Source: Octopus vulgaris (taxonomy: Eukaryota). From it: a DNA stretch of 248,000 nucleotides. Shown piece after piece: positions 62,246 through 75,953 of this stretch (positions are counted from its first letter, which is position 1; each line of letters opens with the position of its first letter). The position numbers and the translations under genes are program-made. The DNA lies in the NCBI GenBank assembly GCA_951406725.2, contig OX597834.1:39948001-40196000 (forward strand), read 5' to 3'. The notes under the pieces are model-generated. The model did not search any database and was not told where the DNA came from. It worked only from the letters and a program-made list of their open reading frames with translations.

Positions 62246-62285
62246 GGATTTAATGTTTCGAGCGGAGCTCTTCGTCAGAAACATA
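62246..62285 (-). ncRNA. Minimal type I hammerhead motif (canonical core, CpG-decayed stem III)
   Basis: uuu-CUGACGA-a-gagc-ucc-gcuc-GAAA-CAUU-aaa within a Penelope-like terminus at 62140-62360. Confidence 0.55.
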
Positions 62286-63614
62286 GAAAAAGGAAAGGTC
62301 CAAGGAAGGGAAGACGGAGGGAAAAAAATCGCGAACGATACACACGCGGTCACATATTGAACTATGTATATGTATATGTGTGTGTGTGTGTGTGTGTATG
62401 TTTGTGTGTCTGTGTTTGTCCCCCTAGCATTGCTTGACAATCGATGATGGTGTGTTTATGTCCCCGTCACTTAGCGGTTCGGTGAAAGAGACCGATAGAA
62501 TAAGTGCTAGGCTTGCAAAGAATAAGTCCTGGGGTTAATATGCTTGACAAAATGTGGGTGCGTGTCACTCGTATGTGCAGCATGTGCAGGAAGAGAACCT
62601 GTTTGGCTTTGTAATTGGTTTACATGTATCTGGGTACACGTCAACACAACTATGTATGGATGAAGAGCTGTGTGTGTGTGTGTTTGTGAGTATTAGTGTG
62701 CATGCGCATGTGAGTGAGTGCATGCGCATGTGAGTGAGTGCATGCACATGTGAGTGAGTGCATGCGCGTGTGTCTGTGTGTGAGTGTGCATGTTTTTATG
62801 TGTGTGTGTGAGTGTGCATATGCATGTTTGTGTGTATGTGTGTGAGTGTGCATGTTTGTGTGAGTGCGTGTGTATTTGTGTGTGTGTGTGCCTATATTTG
62901 TTTGTGCATGCATGTATATGTGTATGTGCATGTGTATGTATTTATTTGTGTGTGTGCGTATGCACGTGTATCTATTTATGTAGCACACACACACATATGC
63001 TGTAAAGAGCACGAACCCTTTTCTCTACAATCCTTACATATATCCCCCCACACACACACACACACACACATACATACACACGCACTCTCCTCCTCTCTCA
63101 TATGCACATTCTTTCTCTTCATCCCTCTCTCTCATCTTCTTGCACACACACACACACACTTATACTCTCTCTCTCTGTCTCTCTCCCTCTCTCACACACA
63201 TCTCCCCTCTCTCCTTCTCTCTCCCATAGGATATCTGTGTGTGTCCCAAAGTGGACAGTCATGTGTTTGAGCCAATCCTGTAAGGAGAACAGGATATTAC
63301 AAGAGGGACAACAATACCAATTCTGATTGCTCTAGTTATGCTTGTTGGTGATGTGATGGTCATGATGGTGAGAATAAAAGAGAGAGACAAACGTTTGAAC
63401 TTTATGATAAGCAACAACAAAACACAATACAATACAACAAACACACAACAATATGCACGGCTAAAACAATACATAATACAAAACGAAAACAAAAACAAAA
63501 CTTATAAAATATTCTTTCCTACTCTAGGCACAAGGCCCGAAAATTATTTGGCGGGAGGAGCTAGTTAATTAGATCAACTTATATGTGTGTGTGTGTGTGT
63601 GTATATACATACAT

Positions 63615-63648
<34 letters not shown>

Positions 63649-63663
63649 ATATACATACATATA

Positions 63664-63773
<110 letters not shown>

Positions 63774-63798
63774 CATATATATATATACATATATATAT

Positions 63799-63831
<33 letters not shown>

Positions 63832-63878
63832 CATACATATATATATATACATATATATACATACATATTTATATATAC

Positions 63879-63933
<55 letters not shown>

Positions 63934-63948
63934 CATATATATACATAC

Positions 63949-64014
<66 letters not shown>

Positions 64015-64050
64015 CATATATATACAATATATACATACATATATATATAT

Positions 64051-64095
<45 letters not shown>

Positions 64096-64279
64096 TATAC
64101 ATATATATATACATATATATACAATATATATATATATATACATATATATACATATATATATATATATACATACATATATATATATATATACATATATATA
64201 TACATATATATACACATATATATACACATATATATACATATATATATACATACATATATATATATACACATATATATAC

Positions 64280-64310
<31 letters not shown>

Positions 64311-64446
64311 CACATATATATACATATATATATATACATATATATATACATATATATATATATACATATATGTATATATATATATATATATACATATATA
64401 TACATATATATACATATATATATACATATACATATACATATATATA

Positions 64447-64480
<34 letters not shown>

Positions 64481-64729
64481 TATTATTATATTTATTTCAT
64501 ATATACAAAATATATATATATAGACATATGTATACATATATATATATATACATATATATATATACATATATATACACATATATATACATATATACATACA
64601 TATATATATATACATATATACATACATATATATATACATATATACATATATATACATATATACATATATATATATATACATATATATATACATATATATA
64701 CATATACATATATATACATACATATATAC

Positions 64730-64866
<137 letters not shown>

Positions 64867-64903
64867 TACATATATACATACATACATATATATATACACA
64901 CAC

Positions 64904-64934
<31 letters not shown>

Positions 64935-65038
64935 CATAAAATATATACATATATACATATATACATACATACATATATATACACACACATATATACATAT
65001 ATGTATATATATATATATATATAATATATATATAATAC

Positions 65039-65160
<122 letters not shown>

Positions 65161-65734
65161 TATAAGGTGGTATGTATGTGTGGTTAAGAAGTTTGCTCCT
65201 CCATTTCATGTCTTTAGGTTCAGTCCCATAGTGTGATGCTGCCTTGTTGGAGTGAGTACCTTCTACTATATTCCCAGGCTGACCGACGACTTGTAAAGGA
65301 ATTTTGGAGATGGAAACTGAAACGACCCTGTGCTGCACAAACACAAACAAATGATGTGTATGTGTGTAGGGGGGAGGGTCCGATTTGAATTTTTTCTTCT
65401 ACGGAATGAAGAGCAAGCCTTCTTCTATCATACTCTCAAGTTTGGTCAGCTTGCGCCGCAGGGTCTCGGAGGAGATAGTGTTAGTTGAAGGCTACCAAAC
65501 CTGCCACACACACACAGACAACTTCAGCTTTATATATATAGAGAGATTTTATGATTGTTGTCGTCGTACAGAACTAATTGACTTTTAAAGAAATAGCTTA
65601 ATGAGGCAAGGGAAGTAACTCAAAACATGCTCACCTGATCGAGTTAGTGATATAGAGTTATTTCCCTTGCACACCCAGGCAATCTGGTTTCTTTTAACCA
65701 GCCAGCATTTACAATTCTATCGTATTACAATCTG

Positions 65735-66000
65735 TTGTGTCTGGGGAGAGTCATTTTCTTTTTGTGCCTTATACTTCAACTCACTCACAGGTAAAATTTC
65801 TACTTTTTTCTTATTTTTATTTTCCTAAAATTTTCGTTGCGTCTTGCAACCCTTTCAATAGTTGACGCAACGAAAATTTTAAGAAAATATAAATAAGAAA
65901 TAAGCGGAAATTTTACCGGTGAGTGTGTTGAATTATAAGGCACAAAAAGAAAATGACTCTCCCCAGACACAACAGAATATGCTTCAACACACGAACTCAC
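65735..66000. mobile_element. Penelope-like terminus with fold-back arms (family also at 83708, 137225, 222548)
   Basis: About 110-bp arm ctgttgtgtctggggagagtcattttc...tttcgttgcg is inverted as caacgaaaatttt...gactctccccagacacaacag. Confidence 0.6.
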
Positions 66001-66019
66001 GTAATATTTATATATTGCT

Positions 66020-66681
66020 GCCATAATCCTTGCCCTCAGTTCGTCTTTGGTGTTATAGGGAGTTTTGTTGGTCTTTTGTTCAACTGCAATTGACTCATAA
66101 TAATCAAGGGGGTTGCAGTCTGGGGAGTTAGGTGACCAGATGTTAGGAGTGATGTCCTTGTTTGTCCCCTCTATGTTTAGCCCCTTGTGGGTAGTAAAGA
66201 AATAAGTGTGCTGTTACCAGACACAGAGTCTTCCAGCAGCCACCCCCTTGACCCTTTTCAGGCCAGCACTACCTTCGCCAGGCACATGATGTAGGCATCC
66301 GTGTTGAGTCTAAGGCCGTGTGGGAAGATGAATGGAGGCATAATGTCACCATCACCTAGTGATCACTCCAAACACCATGATGTTGACTGGATGTTTTCTT
66401 TTTATCACTCTTGGCACACATTTGGGGGGACACAGCAAGCCAACGATTGTTTTGTGTGGTCACCATCTGTCCATATTGGAGTTTCCAACACAAATGCCAA
66501 GTAGTGCAGCTTGTTGTTTCCAAATTTCTGGCAGAGTAAATTGCGTCGTGGTGCCTGTTTTTCTCACAGACGGTGCCCAACTGACCCTACTATACTGTGT
66601 AGTCAACAGAATCAAAAACAAGCAATGCTCATGTGCAAAATTAAGAAAATAAAATGGCGACAATTTACCCATCGCACCCTG
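66020..66681 (-). mobile_element. Deleted maT/DD37D-like element with a SINE fragment inserted
   Basis: Ends caccctg-TA; encodes WSPNSPDCNPLDYY (SPDxNPLDY motif) and IMVFGVI.GDGDIMPPFIFP. Confidence 0.65.
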
Positions 66682-67570
66682 TACTTATATATCCTTTACT
66701 TGTTTCATTTATTAGACTGTGCCCATGCTGGGGCACCACTTTATAGACTGTTTTAGTTAGATAAAGTGACCTCAGGACTTATTCCAATGGTTTCTGTTTC
66801 CAAAGTGCTAAGTTACCAGGATGTAAACACATCAGTACAAGATGTCACGCAGTAGTGCGGAACAAATACAGACACAAAGACACACACAGACATAAATACA
66901 TATATATATATATGTATGTGTGTGTGTGGGGGGGCTTCTTTTAGTTTTTATGTACCAAATCCATTCGATGGGCTTTGGTGAGCCTGAGGCTAGATTAGAA
67001 CACCCTTGCCAAAGGTGCCACACAGTGGGACTGAACACAGAACCATGTAGCTGGGAAGCAAGCTTCTTACCACACAGCCTTACCTGTGCCTAAATACATA
67101 CATATATATATATATTGAATAACACATCGGCCCAACTTGGATGTGTTTTTTATAATGCTTTGTCTGTAGTAATTGTCCTGAAAATCATTTTGCAATTTTG
67201 CATAGATGGCAAATGCTAAAAACCATTCAAATTCTATTATCAGTTGACAAAATTCCAGCAGTACACGAGCAGATGACGCTACCATGTCATGTAATTTCAC
67301 TCTATTGCAGATCATGCTCTCTTGCATTCAGCTTGGCTAGCTGCCACTGATGATCTGCAATATGTCGAAATCACGTGATACAATACAGCAGTGTCAACCA
67401 CCACTGACAGAATTTCATCAACTGATAATAGAGTTCAAATGCTTTTTAGCATTATTTGATTCACAAAATGATTTTTCAGGACATTTACAGCAGTCTAAGG
67501 TGTTATAAACAACATCCAAATTAAGTTGAGTGCGCTAATTAACAATCATTATAAAAGCTGCTTCAGTTGC

Positions 67571-67623
<53 letters not shown>

Positions 67624-67853
67624 TATATATATATATATATATATTTGTGTATAGGTGCATGTGTTTGTTTGCTCGTTTTATGTCTGTTTTCTATGCCGGA
67701 ATGTGCTAGATGAATAGATTATTGTGGTATTATTTTACAGAGGGATGCCATTCCAGTTGCAAGGGGGAACAGAGTGACAGGAGTGATGGCAAAGAAGAGG
67801 ATAGAAAATTGATAGAGATAGTGCTACAAATGAGAAGTAGTAAAAGCAGGATC

Positions 67854-67884
<31 letters not shown>

Positions 67885-70800
67885 TAAATTAGGGATAAAT
67901 GACAGAGTGATGGACAGTTGTAGAAGTGGTCAGTGGTAAGAGTGTGTGAACTGAATTTCACTAATATTGTGTGTGTGTGTGTGTACACAACTTTAAACTG
68001 CATCCTGTAGCAGGGCTCTGGTTCATCTGTGTGCCAGTGTCTTGAGGAGTGTGGAACCACTTCTTAACCATTGCTGTTCCTGGGTCCGATCTGACTCAGA
68101 GTAGTAACACCTGTGAGGGGTTCCCGGTATGGGTTAATTAACATGGAATTTTCTCTATAGAAGGTCACTCACAAGCACCCCCAACAGACCCAGAGCTGAC
68201 GAGGCCCTTCAGCTCTCTAGCTATTCATGTAAGAGACTAACCCCATACAAATCCTGCATTGCATCCTGATAACTATTGTCTCATGGCACTTGTTACATTA
68301 GACAAATGTAAGTCTTAAGGATGAAAGAGTGGGGCTAGCGCTGCACAAACCATGCTCACTCTAATAAAAGTCATCATGTAGGTTATTTAGTTAATCAAGT
68401 CACCAGCACCAATGCCATTACACTTTCTTCAGAAGTTCAGTGCTGATAAGGAAAGGGGTAACAGGGACAGGTAGAGAATTATACTGGAAGTCTCAAGCTT
68501 TGGACCCACACACAGCAGTCATAGGACGATGGTCATTTCTCTGCGTTTTGCTAAACCCTCAGTCATGAAAGCAACAAAGGAATTCAAAAGGAAGTAACAG
68601 AGAGAAACATGTGTGTGTGTTTATATATTTGCACACACAAACACATACACACTATAAAACTGTCTACAGATATTTATTTGGAAGCATTTTAGCTATGAAA
68701 TTAAATCAATGTGTAAACATCCTGATACTCGCTTAAATAAAGAGATAACTCACTGGAAATTTTCTGATAAGTCTGTTTCAGAGATTATTGTCTTCCTTTC
68801 AGAAAAAAATGCATTTTTTAGCTATCCAGTGGGTTAGTAATTTGTATAGATATCTGTAGTAGCTTATCAGCTTATCTGAAGATAACATAAGTGTTCTCTG
68901 CTGATTTGACTATAATATCTATTTAATTAAACAGTATGCAGTAAATATTGTAAATATATACATTATAAGTATTGTAAATATACACTCAGACTATCCAAAG
69001 CTTTGTGAATGGATTCAGTAGCCAGAACCTCATCTTGTGATGAGGCAAGTTGGCAGAAACGGTAGCACGCAGGGCAAAATGCCTAGAGGTATTTCACCTG
69101 TCTTTACCTTCTGAGTTCAAATTCTGCCAAGGTCGACTTTGCCTTTCATCCTTTCGGGGTCGATTAAATAAGTACCAGTTACGTACTGGGGTCGATGTAA
69201 TTGACTTAATCCCTTTGTCTATCCTTGTTTAGCCCCTTGTGGGCAATAAAGAAATAAAAACCTCATCTTGTGTGCGTGTGTTCATGTCATGCCTGTGCTT
69301 GTTCCCCAATCCCTCCACATCATTTGACAACTGGTTAGGAAGTGAGTTTCCTAACCACAGCCATGCCTGCAGCTAAGAATAAAATAAATTCAATGGAATT
69401 CATTCTAACTCGTTTTATAGAACTTTCACCAGTTTCTCTTTCATTCTTCCAATGCGTGTTAATGTGAATTCTCCTACACGAGGTTCCACCACAACCTGAT
69501 GCATCAAACTTTACAAATTTTACTCAACAGCGTCACAGATTTCTTATGCTTAAATATACATAAACAGAAATATTATGGCTATTTAAGGTAAATATTTCGT
69601 GATTCGTGTCCGTTGCCAGCCTCGCCTGGCCCTCGTGCCGGTGGCACATAAAAAGCACCATCCGTTCGTGGCCGTTTGCCAGCTCTGTCTGGCACCTGTG
69701 CGGGTGGCACGTAAAAAGCACCCACTACACTCTCGGAGTGGTTGGCATTAGGAAGGGCATCCAGCCGTAGAAACACTGCCAGATTTGACTGGGCCTGATG
69801 AAGCCTTCTGGCTTCACAGACACCAGTAGAACCGTCCAACCCATGCTAGCATGGAAAACGGACGCTAAACGATGATGATGATGATAATTTAAATCTAAAT
69901 ATTGGCTTCAAATTCTGGCATAAGAACAGCAATTTCAGAGGAAGGGCTAAATTGATGACATCAATCCCACAGCGCAATTAGTACTTATTTTATCAACCCC
70001 CCAAAGGAGGAAAGGTTAAGTTGACCTCAGTGGTATTTGAACTCAGAAACATTAGCACGCCAGGCAAAATGCATAGCCATATTTTGTCTGCCATTACGTT
70101 CTGAGTTCAAATTCCGCCGAGGTCGACTTTGCCTTTCATCCTTTCGGGGTCGATTAAATAAGTACCAGGTACACACTGGAATCGATATAATCAACTTAAT
70201 CCGTTTGTCTATCCTTGTTTGTCCTCTCTGTGTTTAGCCCCTTGTGGGTAGTAAAGAAATAGGTTTTTGAACTCAGAATGTAAAGTCGGAAAAAATGTTG
70301 CTAATAGGCGTAGGAGTGGCTGTGTGGTAAGTAGCTTGCTTACGAACCACATGGTTCTGTGTTCAGTCCCACTGTGTGGCACCTTGGACAAATGTCTTCT
70401 ACTATAGCCTCGGGCCGACCAAAGCTTTGCGAGTGAATTTGGTAGACGGAAACTGAAAGAAGCCCATCGTATATGTGTATATATATATGTATATGTGCAT
70501 GTATGTGTGTGTATATGTTTGTGTGTCTGTGTTTGTCCTCCCAACATCGCATGACAACCGATGCTAGTGTGTTTACATTCCCGTAACTTAGCGGTTCAGC
70601 AAAAAGGACCAACAGAATAAGTACTAGGCTTACAAAGAATAAGTCCTGGGGGCGATTTGCTCGACTAAAGGTGGTGCTCCAGCATGGTCGCAGTCAAATG
70701 ACTGAAACAAGTAAAAGAGTAAGCTTTTTTTCCACAATGGCAATGATTCTGCCAACTCGTCACTTTATTTAAGCATTAAATTATAAATTAAGCATTAAAA

Positions 70801-71790
70801 AAAATATTTATCTATATATTATTTTATGGAATTCTTCTGAAGGTTCTCTGGAGCAAATGTTACTTGACAGGGTGCACGACTCGGACATTAGGGAGTCTAT
70901 CTAGGTTTTGATGTAAATAATTTTTGGTGTTAACATGGTCCGATTTGAATTTTATCTTCTATGGAAGGAAGAGCAAGCCTTCTTCTATCATACTCTCAAT
71001 TTTGGTCAACTTGCACCGCAGGGTCTCGGAGGAGAGAGTGTTAGTTGAAGGCTACCAAACCTGCCATACACAGGCAACTTCAGCTTTATATATATATAGA
71101 GAGAGATTTCAGTGGAAAAGAAAACGAATGTCGTACACTTACTGAATGATATTTTTCAGTGATTTTGTAGGATGAAAATATATGTTTCTCCACATCATCA
71201 TCATCATCATCGTAGTTTAGCGTCCGCTTTCCATGCTAGCATGGGTTGGACGGTTCAACTGGGGTCTGGGAAGCCAGAAGTCTGATCTAGCAATGTTTCT
71301 ACGGCTGGATGCCCTTCCTAACGCCAACCACTCCGTGAGTGTAGTGGGTGCTTTTTACGTGCCACCGGCACAGGTGCCAGACGAGTCTGGCAAATGGCCA
71401 CGATCGGATGGTGCTTTTTATGTGCCACCAGCACATGTAACTACAATATTGTCAAAGTATTCTGTAATAAAGTATAACACCTGAAATTTATAATAAATAA
71501 ATTAGATTATAGTTGTCGAGCATCTCAACATAATCTTTCAGGTGAAATGTGAACTTATAACATTGGTCAAGAAAATTGCCATACAAGATGTGAAACTTAT
71601 ATGTAACTGTGATGGACCCCATGGAGGAGGTGCTTCATGTACCTACCTCCGGAACCATCCCAGAAATAGTGGGCGGAGAAAATGGATGGATGGATCGATG
71701 GATGGATCGGAAACAATATTTAAATATTCATTTTTTAAATTAGGGGAAAAAAAAAAAAACTGACAGAAGAAATTGTAAAGAAATTCTCAC

Positions 71791-71938
71791 CTGGTTGTCT
71801 ACTTTTTATAAGTTTCTTAATTCCAAATGGTAAAGTATTTAATTTATGCTTATGGGGAGATAAATTGCCACTCCTCGCTCCACAGCATAAAAAACAATTT
71901 GCCACAGATATATCCAATAAAGGCTTGTTATTTCCCAT
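71791..71938 (-). CDS. Candidate alternative first coding exon: MGNNKPLLDISVANCFLCCGARSGNLSPHKHKLNTLPFGIKKLIKSRQP(D)
   Basis: ATG in atcATGG context; 49 codons + 1 nt ending at CAG|gtgaga, phase 1, in frame with the 49174 acceptor; unique sequence downstream of a CpG-rich block. Confidence 0.6.
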
Positions 71939-72955
71939 GATGCAATGCAGTTTTGTTTTTGTTTCACAGATTTTTCAAACAGGAATGTCTTTACAAATAG
72001 CTACCAATGTCTCACAAAAGGGCTGAGTGAAAATGGGACAATTTTTCCGGCATATTTTTGTGTAATATTTCATCCATTTCTTGTAATCAATTATAAAGCA
72101 GCTATGTTAGAAACCAACCTTTTTTTTTATAAAGAAATTCTATAGAAAAACTGTACTATAAAGTAGTTTAGACAACACAGTAGCTATATTAAAAAGTAAG
72201 TATTTATAAAGAAGCTGTACTACAAAGTTCTACAATAATCCAGTTATATGATAAAGTTATATTATGAAAAAGCTCTACAGAGAAGCTGTGTTATAAGGTA
72301 GTTATATGGTACAGTAGCAATATTATAAAGTAGCTACACTGTATAGTTGTTGCACTATATAAAAGCTATATATATAGGGAGAGTAGTTATAATACGAAAC
72401 AGCAATATTATGAAGTAGGTATTATATAAAGTTGTTCTATTACTAAGAAGATTTATCATAAAGATGCTATCCAAGTTAATTAAATTTTGCTGATATAGAG
72501 GAATGAAATTGCAATTCTTTTTTTAAATCAATAAAGAATTATAATAAATATGTAAATAGATATATTAAATTAATTTATAAGATATTAATAACAATGAAAA
72601 AATTTAATGTTTAACAAATATTTAATAGTAAAAGTGTTTTATAGTTGATTTTTTTTTATTCCCTTTCATGCCCTTTTTCTATTATTTTAATTGTATTTTA
72701 ATAAAATTCCTTCATTTACTGATTATCCAACAAATAAGTCACAGAATTTCTGTCTGGCATTCGCAGAAATGTTGAAATGGAATGAAATATAAATTAACAG
72801 CAACAGTTGTAGACAAACTATATTAATAATTTTCTCAAATTTGTATCCAAGAACGACCTTCTAGATTGATTAGATTAAAAATAATCGGAAAGACAATATC
72901 TTTAATTACAATCTCTTCGTCTGTGTTTTAAATAAACAAATAATAAAATGCTTAC

Positions 72956-73105
72956 GGAGTTAAAATTTTAATTCAGTTATTTTAATTAGTTGAGAGGATC
73001 GATATAGCTTGTTATGCCTCGTTATATAATTCTTGTGGAAGGATATAAGAAATAGGGGACGGAAAAACAAAACGAGAGAAAAAAAAAACCGCTTTTTTCC
73101 TGCAC
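72956..73105 (-). other. Candidate non-coding 5' UTR exon upstream of the MGNNK exon
   Basis: Donor TCC|gtaagc at 72955; no ATG seen in the segment; lies between the CpG-rich block and 71938. Confidence 0.3.
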
Positions 73106-73499
73106 CTTAACTTGAAGAAATTCAAAGACGTTTTAGTCTTAAGAATTGTACCGGGAATTCCAAAACGTAATACAACTTTAATTATAATAATAATAATAAC
73201 AATAATAATAATAACAATAACAATAATAATAACAATGATAATGATAAAAATATTGGTAATAATAATAAAAATAGTTATTTGGTATAAGGATGGTGTATGC
73301 TATCAATGCTAATTCTTCATTTAAAATGGTATATTTCCACTCTTAAATCATTAAAAAAAAAAACATATATAAATATAATAAGACAGCTAAATGTCAAGAG
73401 AATCGTAGTTTAATCAATGTCAAATCGATATACTGTATATGGTCAATATATATATATATTATACTTAATTATATATATATGTGTGTGTGTATATATGTA

Positions 73500-74178
73500 T
73501 GTATATAGATGTGTGTATGTGGGTGGGCTGAACGTAACACGGATTACATGCTGAGGTATTTTGCGTTTGGTCAACTTTTTCAACAAATATGTTTCTTCCT
73601 TTTGGCTCATATTTCTACAGAAAGCTCTCCGCAATGGTAACGCCGAAAGGGAATGGTGTTCTTTGTCCCTGCACCTCGTCCTGTCTTTAAGTAAATTGCT
73701 TCCTTTTTAGACAGATACAAAGAATCATTCGTTAACTTTTTCAAAAAAAAACCAATGCCAATTTTGTAATTTGCCGGATCCGAGATAAAAGTTTTATAAT
73801 GGTAATATAGATCAACGTGGAAACGAAAGCGAGGAAAAACGAAGATAAGATTGCAAGTATACGAGATATTTTTCTTCTTCTTCTTCTCCTTCTCCTTCTT
73901 CTCCTTCTTCTTCTTTATCTGACCCTGCACAAACAGACACCAACACACACAGACGTAGACAGAGAGACATCACTCAGACACCTTTTCTATGGACTCTGCA
74001 GTTCTATAAACTGCAACAAGGTGGTCAGTCGACAATAATATAAACAGCGCTATCGTCACTGCAACACCTACTTACAAGTCGGGCCTCGCGTTACGACAAA
74101 TGCTGCGAATATCTAAATATTTAGAATCTGATTGTATTATGATGGGTGTGAGGGTGTGTATGTGTGTGTGTGCATGCA

Positions 74179-74220
<42 letters not shown>

Positions 74221-74400
74221 TGATCAATGTAAAGAAGAAATATTTCATTCACTGATTGAGTGAGTGACAGCTTGAGTTTGAGTGATGTTATTCTCGAGTG
74301 GAGTGCAGATGGAAGTTAGCTAAGAGTGGAGTGAAAACAGAGTTTGCGGTGGCATTATGAAATCGAAATGAAGAAGAAGAAGAAGAAGAAGAAGACATGA
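73500..74400 (-). promoter_or_regulatory. CpG-retaining unique block, candidate internal promoter/5' UTR of the RasGAP
   Basis: Many CpGs (e.g. ggcctcgcgttacgac, gccggatccg, cagcgctatcg) against a CpG-poor background; no SINE insertions; immediately upstream of candidate exons at 73105 and 71938. Confidence 0.4.
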
Positions 74401-75916
74401 GAAAATAAATAAATAAAAATAAAACAAAAATACCAAAAAAAAAAATGTTTAATTCCAGTCATTTGAAGAAACAAAAATAAAACAAAAATAACAAAAACCA
74501 ATAACGAAAAGACGACAAGAAAGAAAATAACCCAAGAAAAGTGAAGGAAGGAAAGAAGAAAGGAAGGAAGGAAGGAAGGATGGGAGGAAGGAAAGAAGGA
74601 AGGATGGGAGGAAGGAAGGTTGTTGCGTAAAAGTCAAGTGAACACTTAGGAGTTTTGTAAACAACACTCGTTTTCTATCTCTAAACTGAATGGTATTTAA
74701 AATTTTGATGATTAACCTTTTGGCATGACAATACAAGAATGGTAGAGGGGGGAGTGGTTAGAGAAAGTGAAACAAGGGAAGGTGGGGGGGGGGAGGGGAG
74801 AGGGAGGAAAACATTAATGATCCGAAGGTGGCGGCGAAGAGGGACGAGAGCTGCAAATGAAAACCCACCACCCCATCCCACCCCACTCCACACCCACCCC
74901 TGATGATCAGATGATGTCGCTGTTGTTGTTGTTGTTGTCGATGTTGTTGTTATAATTGTTAGGCGGTGGCGGCGGTGGTGGTGGTGGTGGTGTCGTATAT
75001 ATAGCCTGCCCAAGACACAACATTGGTTGAGAGAGCAAGGCCTATGGTCGAAGACGTTCCAGCTATGACCATCCCAAGTTTTTTTTTTTTATTTTTATCC
75101 GCTGTTTCTAACAACTACACTTGGATATCTCATCTGTTCCTCTTGCTTTAAGCAAGGGAGAATTGGCTGCTATTTCCAACGAGTCAAACAACCACAGTCT
75201 CATAATATGTATACAGTAGTAGTAGTAGTAGTAGTAGTATGAGAGAGATTTGGCTGCTATTTCCAGCAAGTTGAACAGCCACAGACTTAAAACATCTATA
75301 CAACAGCAGCAGCAGTAGTAGTAATAGCAGAAGCAGCAGATTTGACTGCTATTTTCAGCAAATTGAACAATCCGGTCTTACAACATTTATACAGTCATAA
75401 AAGTAATGGTGGTGGTAGTAGTAGTAGTAGCTGCAATTTGAGGGAGTTTGGCTGCTATTTCCAGCAAGTCAAACAAGAGTCTCACATCATCACAGTAGTA
75501 GTAGTAGCATCAGCAGCAGTAGCTGTTCAAGAATTTGGACCTGGAGATCTCCATTTCCAGCGGCTTCGAGGGTCACCTCCCAGTGATGTCAGGCGTCAAT
75601 GAAGAGCCCTCGACTACAACAAGACGACCAAAGTTTTTTTTTTCCCAAGGTCTGGGGTCTCCCGCCCCTAAGCCCTAGACCATCACCTAACCACCCTTAC
75701 CCATCTTGTTGCTTAACAACAGCAGCAGCAGCAGCAGTTCTGACACTTCAACTGAAGGGGTGGGGCTGGTTTTCAAATTTGATAATAAAAAAATTAAGAA
75801 CCATCTGGAACAACATCTGTCACACAAAAATTACTCATCTGGAGTAACATCTGGTACTCACAAATTGTTATTATCTTCTTTATCTATTTCTCTTTTATTT
75901 TCTGTAACAGAAATTG

Positions 75917-75953
<37 letters not shown>

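Noticed and set aside
73549-73611. Possible first exon MSQKEETYLLKKLTKRKIPQH
   Set aside because: The donor CAT|gtaatc is weak and phase 0, so it is incompatible with the next supported acceptor (49174, phase 1). More likely 5' UTR or uORF sequence.
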